Of a stretch of 33,234 bases of DNA, positions 19,163 to 27,412 are shown piece by piece. Within the stretch, counting starts at the first letter, position 1. Each line of letters begins with the position of its first letter. Source of the stretch: Candidatus Micrarchaeia archaeon (GTDB taxonomy: Archaea > Micrarchaeota > Micrarchaeia > Norongarragalinales > UBA8480); contig JBAMLY010000011.1 of NCBI GenBank assembly GCA_039794045.1, positions 1-33,234 on the forward strand, written 5' to 3'. The notes below the pieces were generated by a model. That model made no database searches. It saw only the letters and a list, made by a program, of their open reading frames with translations, and was not told the origin of the DNA. Both the position numbers and the translations under genes were made by a program.

Positions 19163-20161
19163 GTGAAACACTTTCTTGGAATAGAAAGCACGGCGCACAC
19201 ACTTGGAGTTTCAGTGGTTTCCTTTGACTCGCTGAAAGGCAGGCCATCCCCTGAAAACACTCGCGTGAAAAGCAATGAACTCGCAAAATTTCCTTCCACA
19301 GGCAAGGGCTACATTCCCCGTGAGCTTGCAGACCACCACGCAAAAAACTTTCAAGGAGTCCTAGAGTCTGCGCTCCGCAAGGCAAGCGTGCAAGCGAGAG
19401 AGTTGAGCGCGGTAGCTTACTCGCAGGGGCCAGGCATTGGGCACTGTCTTCACGTGGGGTATGTTGCAGCGAAAACGATTTCAGAAGAACTTGGTGTTCC
19501 CCTTGTTCCAGTAAACCACGCGGTGGCACACGTTGAAGCCGCGAGGTTTCTCACGAGCGCGCGTGACCCCCTCGTAGTATACGTTTCTGGCGGCAACACC
19601 CAGATTTTCGCGCGGGCGGGAAAACACTACCACGTTTACGGCGAAACCATGGACATAGGACTAGGCAATTTCTTGGACAACGTGGGAAGAATGCTTGAAT
19701 TAGACCCTCCCGACGCAGTGGGCGTGATGAAAGAGGCTTTGCGGGGCAAGAACTTCGTTGAACTCCCTTACACCATAAAAGGAATGAACCTCGCCTTTGC
19801 AGGCATTTTGACGGCAATACAGCGCCTTAAAAGTCTTTCAATTCCTGATTTGTGTTGGTCTGCCCAGGAAACGGTTTTCTCCATGCTCGTGGAAGCAACC
19901 GAGCGTTGCTTGTGCCACACTCGCAACCCCGAAGTGCTCTTGTGTGGCGGCAACGCGCGCAACAAGCGCTTGCAGGAAATGCTTGCCTTGATGTCAAGCG
20001 AGCAAGGAACACGTTTCTGTGTTGCCGCCGACGAATTCAATGGCGACAATGCGGCAATGATTGCGTTGACTGGGTTGCTGATGAGCGAGTACGGTGCGTT
20101 TCCACGCACCGAGAAACCAATGCAGAGAATGAGGGTAGAAAAACAAGAGATTTTGTGGTGA
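19163..20161 (+). CDS. kae1: KEOPS t6A transferase Kae1
   Basis: LGIESTAHT, SQGPG, NHAVAH metal motif, VSGGNT, GETMD and DNAAMIA; GTG start at 19163. Confidence 0.95.
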   Translation: MKHFLGIESTAHTLGVSVVSFDSLKGRPSPENTRVKSNELAKFPSTGKGYIPRELADHHAKNFQGVLESALRKASVQARELSAVAYSQGPGIGHCLHVGYVAAKTISEELGVPLVPVNHAVAHVEAARFLTSARDPLVVYVSGGNTQIFARAGKHYHVYGETMDIGLGNFLDNVGRMLELDPPDAVGVMKEALRGKNFVELPYTIKGMNLAFAGILTAIQRLKSLSIPDLCWSAQETVFSMLVEATERCLCHTRNPEVLLCGGNARNKRLQEMLALMSSEQGTRFCVAADEFNGDNAAMIALTGLLMSEYGAFPRTEKPMQRMRVEKQEILW

Positions 20162-20167
20162 TAGCGT

Positions 20168-20851
20168 ATGGCGAGAAAAGCAAGACAGGAAACAACGAAA
20201 GTACTTCTTCTTCCCCTGGACAGGCGCGACAGGGAAAAACTCGTGAAAGTCGTGGAAGAAGCAGCGGAAATCCTTTGCCGGGGGGGCGTGGTAGTAATGC
20301 CTACAGAAACCTCGTACTGCATTGCCGCTGACGCAACGAGGGAAGAAGCAGTAAAGCGGTTGCTTGAACTCAAGGGCAGCGGCGTCAACGCGTGGGGCGT
20401 TCCAATCAGCGTCGCCGACTTGCGAATGGCTCAAGAATACGCTGTTCTTTCGCCGGAAGCCGAATTCATTGCCCGCTCTTTCATGCCAGGCCCCGTAACG
20501 ATAGTTGCTAAGAAAAAAAACTTGCCTTCAATAGTTGGGGCAAACGACTGCGTCGCAATAAGGATTTCAAGCCACATTGCAGCCCGCTTGCTATCGCAGG
20601 AAAGCGGCAGGCCGCTTGCTTTAACTGGCGCCAACGCGTTAGGCGAGCCCACGATTTACAAGATAGAAGAAATCAAGAAAAAGTTTTACGGCAAAGTAGA
20701 GTGCATTATTGACGGCGGCAACCTAGCGCCAGTAATTCCTTCCACGGTAATAGACTTGTCTGGACCCGAACCTAAGGTGTTACGCGAAGGACCTCTTTCT
20801 TCAAAAGAAATACTGTCGCAACTGAAAATCTTCAAGCAAGGTAGTAGTTGA
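20168..20851 (+). CDS. Sua5/YrdC (TsaC) family protein with atypical active-site motifs
   Basis: GGVVVMPTETSY, FMPGPVT, PSTVIDL and VLREG. KxR reads KGS and TSAN reads TGAN. Confidence 0.85.
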   Translation: MARKARQETTKVLLLPLDRRDREKLVKVVEEAAEILCRGGVVVMPTETSYCIAADATREEAVKRLLELKGSGVNAWGVPISVADLRMAQEYAVLSPEAEFIARSFMPGPVTIVAKKKNLPSIVGANDCVAIRISSHIAARLLSQESGRPLALTGANALGEPTIYKIEEIKKKFYGKVECIIDGGNLAPVIPSTVIDLSGPEPKVLREGPLSSKEILSQLKIFKQGSS

Positions 20852-21466
20852 ATGCTGGCAGGCAAAGGCGCGGAAGCCGAAGTCTTAGAATGTTTTTTCC
20901 TGGGCGCGCCAGCCCTCTGCAAAAGACGAGTGCGCAAGCAGTACCGCATTCACTCACTAGATTGGCGGCTGAGGACTGAGCGCACCAAAAAAGAAGCGCG
21001 CTTGCTCGCGGCAGCCAAAAAGTGCGGGGCAAGGTGCCCGTTAGTGCTTCACGCAGACGCCGTAGAAAAACAAGTTTTCGAGAACAAGTTGAATGGCAGG
21101 CTCTTGCGCGAAGCTCTACCAACGCTGGACTCCAAGCGCAAAAAACAAGTGCTCGAAGAAGCTGGAAGACAGCTAGCATTAATTCACGCTGCCGGAATAG
21201 TTCACGGCGACAGCACCACAAGCAATTTCTTTTTATGCGATGACGGGAAGTTGTGGGTGATAGACTTCGGCCTGGCTGAAAACTCTGCGTCGCTGGAAGA
21301 ACGCGCCACGGACGTTCTGTTGTTCAAGAAAAGCGTTTCAAGCCAGCAGTTCGCTTCCTTCGTGGCAGGCTATGCCAAGCACGCCCCCGACGTAAAAAAA
21401 GTTCTAGAACAAGTAAGCGAAATAGAGTCGCGCGGCCGCTACGTAGTTAGGGCAATGGCTAAATGA
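20852..21466 (+). CDS. bud32: KEOPS kinase/ATPase Bud32
   Basis: GAEA, KRRVRKQYR, RTKKEARLL, HGDSTTSN, IDFGL and C-terminal RGRY. Confidence 0.95.
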   Translation: MLAGKGAEAEVLECFFLGAPALCKRRVRKQYRIHSLDWRLRTERTKKEARLLAAAKKCGARCPLVLHADAVEKQVFENKLNGRLLREALPTLDSKRKKQVLEEAGRQLALIHAAGIVHGDSTTSNFFLCDDGKLWVIDFGLAENSASLEERATDVLLFKKSVSSQQFASFVAGYAKHAPDVKKVLEQVSEIESRGRYVVRAMAK

Positions 21467-21496
21467 GCTTTTTTTGTTTCAGTGAAAAGCCTGCGC

Positions 21497-21610
21497 TCAA
21501 AGTTCGCCGACGCGGCGCTTCTGCTTGCGCTTCATTCTCTTGCGGCGCTTCTTAATCCACTTCCAACGCATTTTGCCGCGCTTCTTCCATTTTCTTGGCC
21601 TTGCTCCCAA
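21497..21610 (-). CDS. rpl41e: Ribosomal protein L41e/eS32, 37 aa
   Basis: Not in the track. TTG start after [43 protein letters not shown] matches the archaeal eS32 [17 protein letters not shown] pattern. Confidence 0.88.
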   Translation of the reverse strand: MGARPRKWKKRGKMRWKWIKKRRKRMKRKQKRRVGEL

Positions 21611-21659
21611 AAGTTTCTCCTCTAGCAAGTGATTCAGACAATTATTTTGCTGTCAAAGC

Positions 21660-23762
21660 TTAAATAACTTGGTTTTTGCTTTCCTTCAAACCCACCAGCG
21701 CCTTCAACTCTTCCCTTGAAAGCGCCTTGAAAGCCTCCTCCGAACGCACGCCCGCCTTCCACAGCTTGCGGGCGCGCACGCGCCCTATGCCGCGAAACTT
21801 TGTTAAAGGCAATAATTCCTCTTTTACTCCCTTCACTATCCTCTTGCGCAAGGTCTTCGCTTGCAAGTATTCGCGCGAACGGTTTTCAAGGAAGGCGAGT
21901 TCCTGCAGTGCGTAAGCAAGCCATTCCGCGTTAGAACGCAGAGAGTGAAGCATGCCAGGCGGCAACTCGAATTCCTCCATCAAGCTAGCCTCGCTTTCCT
22001 CGTTAATCCACGCGTTAAGCGCTTTCGCCGTCTTGAACTTTGACAGGGCAGCGTAATCGTTTTCCCAATCCAAGGCAAAGTCCGACAACACCGCCTGCAT
22101 TTCCTCCCACAAAGCGTTTTCCTCGGATCGCTTGACTCCAAGCCGCGGACGCATTTCAGTCGCGGAACACAAGGCAAACAAGTAATCGAAAACGCTTTTT
22201 TCTTCTGGCCTGCGCGCCAGAGATAAGAGGGAATATGCAGTCAACGGCTCGACGTAAAGCTCTGAAACGCGTCGCCCAAGCGGCGTTGCAAGCAGTTTTC
22301 CGTTCTTGAAGCGCACGAAACTCATTTCCTGCAACTGTGAAACAACTCCCTCTATCTTAGCGTGCAGTGCCTGCGCTCCCCCGTACTGGAAAGCGAAAAA
22401 AGACTCGTTAAAAAACTCGAACAATTCATTAAATGAATTGCATGCGTTCGACGAAAGGAGGGCAAGAGAATGCGCGCGCAAAGCGGGCTCGCTTGATAGC
22501 TTACTGTAAATCTTTTCGAGTGGCCCTGAAAAATATTTTTCGCTGACTCCGCGTAAGTCTTTTTCTGCGCACATTACTACTGCGAACCCTTCCTCGTCGT
22601 AGCGTGGGCGTCCGGCGCGGCCGAGAATCTGCTGGCATTCAAGGTTTGAAATCAGTTCACTTGCGCTGCCGTCAAATCTCTTCACGTCCCTCAAAAAAAC
22701 CCAACTCGCAGGATAATCTATTCCCATCGCCAGCGTTGTAGTGCAAACTATTACTTTAATTGCTTTGTCTTTCTTGAAGCCCTCTTCTATGACGCGGCGC
22801 TTGGCGTTCTCCAAGCCAGCGTGATGAAACGCGACTCCATTGCGCAGGCACTCCGCGAGCGCCTCGCACTGCGCCGTCGGCTGCTGGAAAGTCTTAAGCG
22901 ATTTCCGCGCAAGCTCTGCGAGAATGCCTTTCTCTTCACTTGAAAGACGCGCGGAAACGAAGGGAATGAGGGCTTTAGCAGTGGCTTCCGCGTTCCTGCG
23001 AGTGGAAACGAAGACGAGGACTTGCCAGCTTCCCCCGCTCGCATCCAAAGCCATTCCAATCATTTCTTCGAGGGCTCTTTTTTCGTTTACTTCAATGGCT
23101 TGCATTCCCTCGAATTGGAGGACGCCCCCGCAGTAAATCCCGCGGTTAAGCTTCGTTGGACGATAATCGCTTTTCACGAGCAACGCGTCAAGCCAGCCAG
23201 CGATTTCTTCTGCGTTTGGCACGGTGGCGCTCAAGCAAATAAATCGCGCCCCACAGCCGCGCAAGCGCGTCAAAGCCATTTCAAGAGCAGGTCCGCGCTC
23301 GTCGTCGTTAAGCAAGTGAACTTCATCGCAAACAACAAGCGATACTTCTTTGAGCCAAGGAGTTTTGTGCCGCAACAACGAATCTATTTTCTCGCTTGTT
23401 GCAACTACGACGTCGCTTTCCGCCAACTGCGAGCTTTCGTCGTCGAATTCTCCAGTGCTCAGCGCAACGCGGCACTCAAACTGAGACAAAGCAAAAGAAA
23501 ATTCCTCATACTTTTCTTGGGCGAGCGCCCGCAGTGGCACAATGTAAACTGCCTTGCCCTTCTTTTTCAAGAAGTTGTCTGCTACAGCGAGCAAGGCGAT
23601 GAGAGTCTTGCCTGACGCGGTTGGCGCGCTTACCACGACGTTTTTTTCTGAAAGCAAGCCTTCGGCTACTGCTTTCTCCTGCATTGAGTTCAATTTTTCG
23701 TAGCCCAGCCGCTTTGCTAGCTCGCGTGCTTCACCGCAATGGCTGGCTTGCAGTGACTCCAT
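21660..23762 (-). CDS. hel308: Ski2-like DNA helicase Hel308
   Basis: PTASGKT, PLRALA, DEVH, LSAT, AFHHAGL, QILGRAGRP and C-terminal HhH GIGRVRARKL. Confidence 0.93.
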   Translation of the reverse strand: MESLQASHCGEARELAKRLGYEKLNSMQEKAVAEGLLSEKNVVVSAPTASGKTLIALLAVADNFLKKKGKAVYIVPLRALAQEKYEEFSFALSQFECRVALSTGEFDDESSQLAESDVVVATSEKIDSLLRHKTPWLKEVSLVVCDEVHLLNDDERGPALEMALTRLRGCGARFICLSATVPNAEEIAGWLDALLVKSDYRPTKLNRGIYCGGVLQFEGMQAIEVNEKRALEEMIGMALDASGGSWQVLVFVSTRRNAEATAKALIPFVSARLSSEEKGILAELARKSLKTFQQPTAQCEALAECLRNGVAFHHAGLENAKRRVIEEGFKKDKAIKVIVCTTTLAMGIDYPASWVFLRDVKRFDGSASELISNLECQQILGRAGRPRYDEEGFAVVMCAEKDLRGVSEKYFSGPLEKIYSKLSSEPALRAHSLALLSSNACNSFNELFEFFNESFFAFQYGGAQALHAKIEGVVSQLQEMSFVRFKNGKLLATPLGRRVSELYVEPLTAYSLLSLARRPEEKSVFDYLFALCSATEMRPRLGVKRSEENALWEEMQAVLSDFALDWENDYAALSKFKTAKALNAWINEESEASLMEEFELPPGMLHSLRSNAEWLAYALQELAFLENRSREYLQAKTLRKRIVKGVKEELLPLTKFRGIGRVRARKLWKAGVRSEEAFKALSREELKALVGLKESKNQVI

Positions 23763-23815
23763 GAAATCTTCACTGCCTTAAAGAATTAATAAAGAAGAGC
23801 GCCAGCGGCTTTCCA

Positions 23816-25390
23816 CTACTTCATTCGCGCCACGCCGCAAGTGCCGCACGAGCAGTTGCGCACGAGTTCAGGGGGGCGCTTGTAAAAGCCTTCCGCAATC
23901 GTTTTGCCGGAGCGCTTTTCCCACTCTTTTTGCGGGACGCCATATTTGTCTTGCACTTCTTCCCTGTACTTTTCAGGGATTACGTTGAAGGCGCAGAAAG
24001 GAATTATTCTTCCGTCAGGCACGGCGTAGTGAATAGTGCAACGCTTCACGCGTTCCACATCGTAGTTGTACAAGTCCATAAAGTGCATCATTCCAATAAA
24101 TAACGCGTTCTTGTGGAATTTACCGAGCGCATCATAGTCGTGCTTCGCGAGAGCATTGACGAGCAAGTTGGACAACTTCAACCACTTTGGCTTTTTCTCC
24201 GAGTTAATGAAGCTTGAAAGCTTTACAGCCAACTCTACTTTGGCGAGAGTCTTGTTCTTGCCGTTGTGAACGCGTTCAGCCAAGTCGTCCAAGTACGCGA
24301 ACAAGCCTTCCACGTCAACGAACCGAGTTATTGGAACCATTTCTTTGCCGTCGCGGAACACGTATGTTGCCGCGCCGCACGCGAAGTGCGAGGAAAGGTC
24401 GTACTGCGGCTTTCCAGTAATTGCTTCAACCAAGTTAGTTATGCTTGCCACGCAAGGAATCGGGAAAAAGTCTTCTTCTGCAATAGCGCCGTCCGTTTGC
24501 TCTTCGATTTTCTTCAACGCGTCTGGAATAGTGATGCGCATTTTCTCGCGTTCCTTTCGCGGCACGCGCCCAACTATAGACACTGGCTGAAAGTTGACTG
24601 CTCTGACGACGTCATTGTTAGAGAAGCCGAATCGAATAATGTCGCCTAACTCGTCGTCGTTTACGCCTTTTATTACGGTGGGCACGAGGACGACTCCAAT
24701 ATCTGCCTTCCTACAGTTTTCAAGCACGCCTGGAACTTCCCAGTGGTTCTTTGGATTGCTACGCGCGGTAACTCCATCAAAACTCATGTAAAGCGTGCCT
24801 ACGCCTGCCTTGCGCACTGCCTTGGCGAGGGCGAGGTCGCGCGACAAGCGAATTCCATTCGTGTTCAATTGAATGTGTTCAAAACCCTCTTTTCTTGCCA
24901 ACTTAATTATTTCAATCAAGTCATCACGCAGCGTTGGCTCGCCTCCAGTAAGTTGGAGGGCATTACATCCCACCGGCTTCTCGTTGCGGAGCGCGCGAAA
25001 CATTGTCTTGAACTGCTCCATGGTGGGCTCGTAAACCTTGTCGCCTTCCTTGCAGTAAAAGAAACAATACCAGCAGCTCAAGTCGCAGCGATTGGTTACT
25101 ACGACGTTTGCAAGCGCCGTATGCGACAAGTGTTCTGAGCACAATCCGCAGTCAAGGGGGCACTTCACTTGCTTCTTCTTGATTGCCGGGTTTTCCACGC
25201 GCTTGCCGTCATGCTCGAACTTCTTGAAGCGCGCGTAAGTTGCGTAGTCGCCGAAGTAGAGCTCCTTGCTTTCCCCGTGAACACCGCACTTTTTTGAAAG
25301 CCAAACTCTTCCTTTTTCCTCGTACACAGTGGCGGGAACGATTTTACCGCACTCTGGGCAAAGCGAAGAAGTTTCGCTGAGAACTCGCAT
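23816..25390 (-). CDS. tes: Tetraether lipid synthase (Tes / GDGT-MAS), radical SAM
   Basis: N-terminal SLCPEC...CGVHG, CPLDCGLCSEH, RCDLSCWYC, GGEPT, NFQPVS..GR, SSHFACG, MHFMDLYNYDVERVKRCTIHY and IIPFC follow the MJ0619/Tes architecture. ATG 25390 after AGGTGG. Confidence 0.88.
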   Translation of the reverse strand: MRVLSETSSLCPECGKIVPATVYEEKGRVWLSKKCGVHGESKELYFGDYATYARFKKFEHDGKRVENPAIKKKQVKCPLDCGLCSEHLSHTALANVVVTNRCDLSCWYCFFYCKEGDKVYEPTMEQFKTMFRALRNEKPVGCNALQLTGGEPTLRDDLIEIIKLARKEGFEHIQLNTNGIRLSRDLALAKAVRKAGVGTLYMSFDGVTARSNPKNHWEVPGVLENCRKADIGVVLVPTVIKGVNDDELGDIIRFGFSNNDVVRAVNFQPVSIVGRVPRKEREKMRITIPDALKKIEEQTDGAIAEEDFFPIPCVASITNLVEAITGKPQYDLSSHFACGAATYVFRDGKEMVPITRFVDVEGLFAYLDDLAERVHNGKNKTLAKVELAVKLSSFINSEKKPKWLKLSNLLVNALAKHDYDALGKFHKNALFIGMMHFMDLYNYDVERVKRCTIHYAVPDGRIIPFCAFNVIPEKYREEVQDKYGVPQKEWEKRSGKTIAEGFYKRPPELVRNCSCGTCGVARMK

Positions 25391-25505
25391 GAACCCACCT
25401 TGAGAAATGAAACACAAAAATATGGCTTTCCTTGTTTTTAAATCAAGAGCTTTCTGCGAGAGCATGCACTGTTTTTCTTGAAAGGAGTTAGTAGCCCCGA
25501 GCGGA

Positions 25506-25553
25506 TTTTCGCGCCTGCACGAAAAGCCGCAAAAGCGAATGCCTTTGCGCAGA
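25506..25553 (-). other. T-loop 59/60 intron of tRNA-Gln (48 nt, BHL type)
   Basis: Central UUCG/CGAA, 3' bulge AA^U, 5' internal loop (AA^U opposite GCG), then CUGCGC/GUGCAG. Confidence 0.85.
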
Positions 25554-25586
25554 TTCGAACCGCTGTCAAGAGGTCCAGAGCCTCCT

Positions 25587-25616
25587 TTAAGGAGCGCCGT
25601 GTTTTCGCTGGCGCTT
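25587..25616 (-). other. 25/26 BHB intron of tRNA-Gln (30 nt)
   Basis: Perfect motif: CC/GG, central AAGG/CCUU, bulges AU^A and AA^A, intron helix AGCGCC/GGCGCU. Confidence 0.9.
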
Positions 25617-25683
25617 ATCCTTGGCCGCTAGACGACGGGGCTGCAACGAATAATTATTTTCTTGTTTTCAAGATTATTAAATC

Positions 25684-26208
25684 CTATTTCGCTTGCCTGG
25701 TGCTTGAAGTCTTCTTGTGTTGCCTGCGGCCGCTTGCCAGCAACTTGATTTCAGCCGCTTGCGCCCACAAGAACAACGCGACGCCAGAGTCAGCGAACCA
25801 CAACACTAAGTGAACTGCTTCTAACGCGGTTCTTCCCAAAACCGCTCCCACGGTTAGCGCGAAAAGCAGTCGCAGCAAGTTGAATGCAAACAAGAATGGA
25901 GCGCCCCACAACAAAGCCTTCTCACGCTTTTCCTCTTTTAAGGGAGTTGCGTAAAGCAACGCGAAGAAAAGAATTACTAAGACGAGGCCAGTGCAGTCAA
26001 CAATGATTTTAAAGCTCTCGCCGTCTACTGAAAGCGTGGTTCCAGTCAATGAAACTGAGTAGCCCAGTGCGGCAAGCAAGAAGGCTTCAATCCATGCTAC
26101 CGCGTAGTTCAGGGGCTGGAAGTCGACGAAGTGAACGAGCGCGAATGGAACAAAGAATAGGAAGGCAAAGCGAAGCAAGAAACTTTTTTCCCTTGCAGTA
26201 AAACGCAT
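25684..26208 (-). CDS. Archaeosortase/exosortase family protein
   Basis: Multi-TM 174 aa with triad IIVDCTG (Cys), FNLLRL (Arg) and VHLVLW (His). Confidence 0.8.
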   Translation of the reverse strand: MRFTAREKSFLLRFAFLFFVPFALVHFVDFQPLNYAVAWIEAFLLAALGYSVSLTGTTLSVDGESFKIIVDCTGLVLVILFFALLYATPLKEEKREKALLWGAPFLFAFNLLRLLFALTVGAVLGRTALEAVHLVLWFADSGVALFLWAQAAEIKLLASGRRQHKKTSSTRQAK

Positions 26209-26212
26209 TAGA

Positions 26213-26737
26213 CTACCACGGCACGTTTTTTAGTTTGAGGCGGTGCGCTAAAGCGTTAAAGAAAACATGCAACAAAAAAGTCGCCACTACGAGCACCACC
26301 AACTCTTCCGCACCAGGCAATGGATGAAACGGTGAAGAGAAAGCCAAGGCGAAGAAGAGGAAAGTTAGTTGGTCGAGCAAGAAAGAAGGCTGGCCGCGCT
26401 CCATTCCCATCCTGCGTTTCAAGAAGCTGCCGAACAAGTCCCCGCTCAAGGCGCCCAAAGCCATGAAGAAAGACGCGATTGTTTTTGCTTGAAGTCCCCC
26501 AGCTAAAGGCATGAAGTCAGCGGGAAACAAGACGGCAAGCGCTGCCCCAGCCGCGGTGCCGAGAAACAACCCTGAAGCGAAGCCGTTCACGGTCTTACCG
26601 TCTCCCAGCAACCGCTTGCCGTCCACGAAGTTTTTATTCAAGTCTATTTTGGTGCCGCCTCCGAACAATACAGGGGCGGCGTTGGCTACGTAAGCAGGGA
26701 AAATGTATCCCAGCAGCCTCAACAAGTAACCGTCCAT
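26213..26737 (-). CDS. carS: CDP-archaeol synthase (DUF46)
   Basis: PAYVANAAPV, DGKRLLGDGKT, GDLFGSFLKRR, LLDQL and C-terminal LKNVPW. Confidence 0.93.
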   Translation of the reverse strand: MDGYLLRLLGYIFPAYVANAAPVLFGGGTKIDLNKNFVDGKRLLGDGKTVNGFASGLFLGTAAGAALAVLFPADFMPLAGGLQAKTIASFFMALGALSGDLFGSFLKRRMGMERGQPSFLLDQLTFLFFALAFSSPFHPLPGAEELVVLVVATFLLHVFFNALAHRLKLKNVPW

Positions 26738-26858
26738 TGGCAACCCAGCTTATTTGTGCTTACTGGCTTTAAAGAAGTTGGCAAAACCCTCTTGAAAAGG
26801 GTTATTAATTGTTTTTCGCACTTCTTTAATGCGCTTTCGATTAAGGCAAGTGATTGCA

Positions 26859-27389
26859 GTGCCTGAACAAAAAAACTACTCTGAAGAAGACTTGGCGGAA
26901 CTCATAGACAAGACGACTAAAGTTGGAGCCGTGCTGGCAACCTTTTACTTCGACGCGCAAGGAAACGACGAGAAAGAACTACAGAACTCTTTGGTTGACT
27001 TCGTTTCGCGCATAACCAATGAGAAGGGAGTCTTGTACTGCACTGGACAAATAGAGCCAGTCGTGAAAACAAGCAACGAGAAAACGCCTTTTTCTACTTT
27101 CGCCGAGGTATCAATTCTCGCCAAAAACTTTAACGTACTCGTCAACCTCGCCTTAGTATACGGCCCGATAGCAGTTGAAATAGTAAAGCCAAAGGAAGTA
27201 AGGCTTGACGCGCAAGAAGCACAAGCAATCTTGTTGGACGCTTCGCAGAACAGCCAAGACTTCGTGAAATACATTATGGAGAAAACGCTTCAACCAACTG
27301 ATAGACAAGCGTTTTCTGAGAAGCTCAGGAAGCGAGCCGAGCTTGGCGCTCGCCTGCGAGAAAAAATAAGTCTTCAAGACAAGCAGTGA
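26859..27389 (+). CDS. Conserved archaeal hypothetical protein (start uncertain)
   Basis: Clean ORF with an FSTFAEV...YGPIAVEIVKP pattern seen in uncharacterised archaeal proteins; no function recognised. Confidence 0.7.
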   Translation: MPEQKNYSEEDLAELIDKTTKVGAVLATFYFDAQGNDEKELQNSLVDFVSRITNEKGVLYCTGQIEPVVKTSNEKTPFSTFAEVSILAKNFNVLVNLALVYGPIAVEIVKPKEVRLDAQEAQAILLDASQNSQDFVKYIMEKTLQPTDRQAFSEKLRKRAELGARLREKISLQDKQ

Positions 27390-27412
27390 GCACGCCCCCA
27401 TCTTTAGCGCGG

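Larger units (their letters stand above)
25492..25642 (-). tRNA. tRNA-Gln(CUG) with two introns (25/26 and 59/60)
   Basis: Exons AGCCCCGTCGTCTAGCGGCCAAGGAT | AGGAGGCTCTGGACCTCTTGACAGCGGTTCGAA | TCCGCTCGGGGCTA; A1-U72 typical of archaeal tRNA-Gln; anticodon CTG at 25578-25576. Confidence 0.93.

Noticed and set aside
25506..25553. Nested intron within the tRNA-Gln T-loop intron
   Set aside because: An inner 3-nt bulge exists, but there is no second bulge with a 4-bp spacer.
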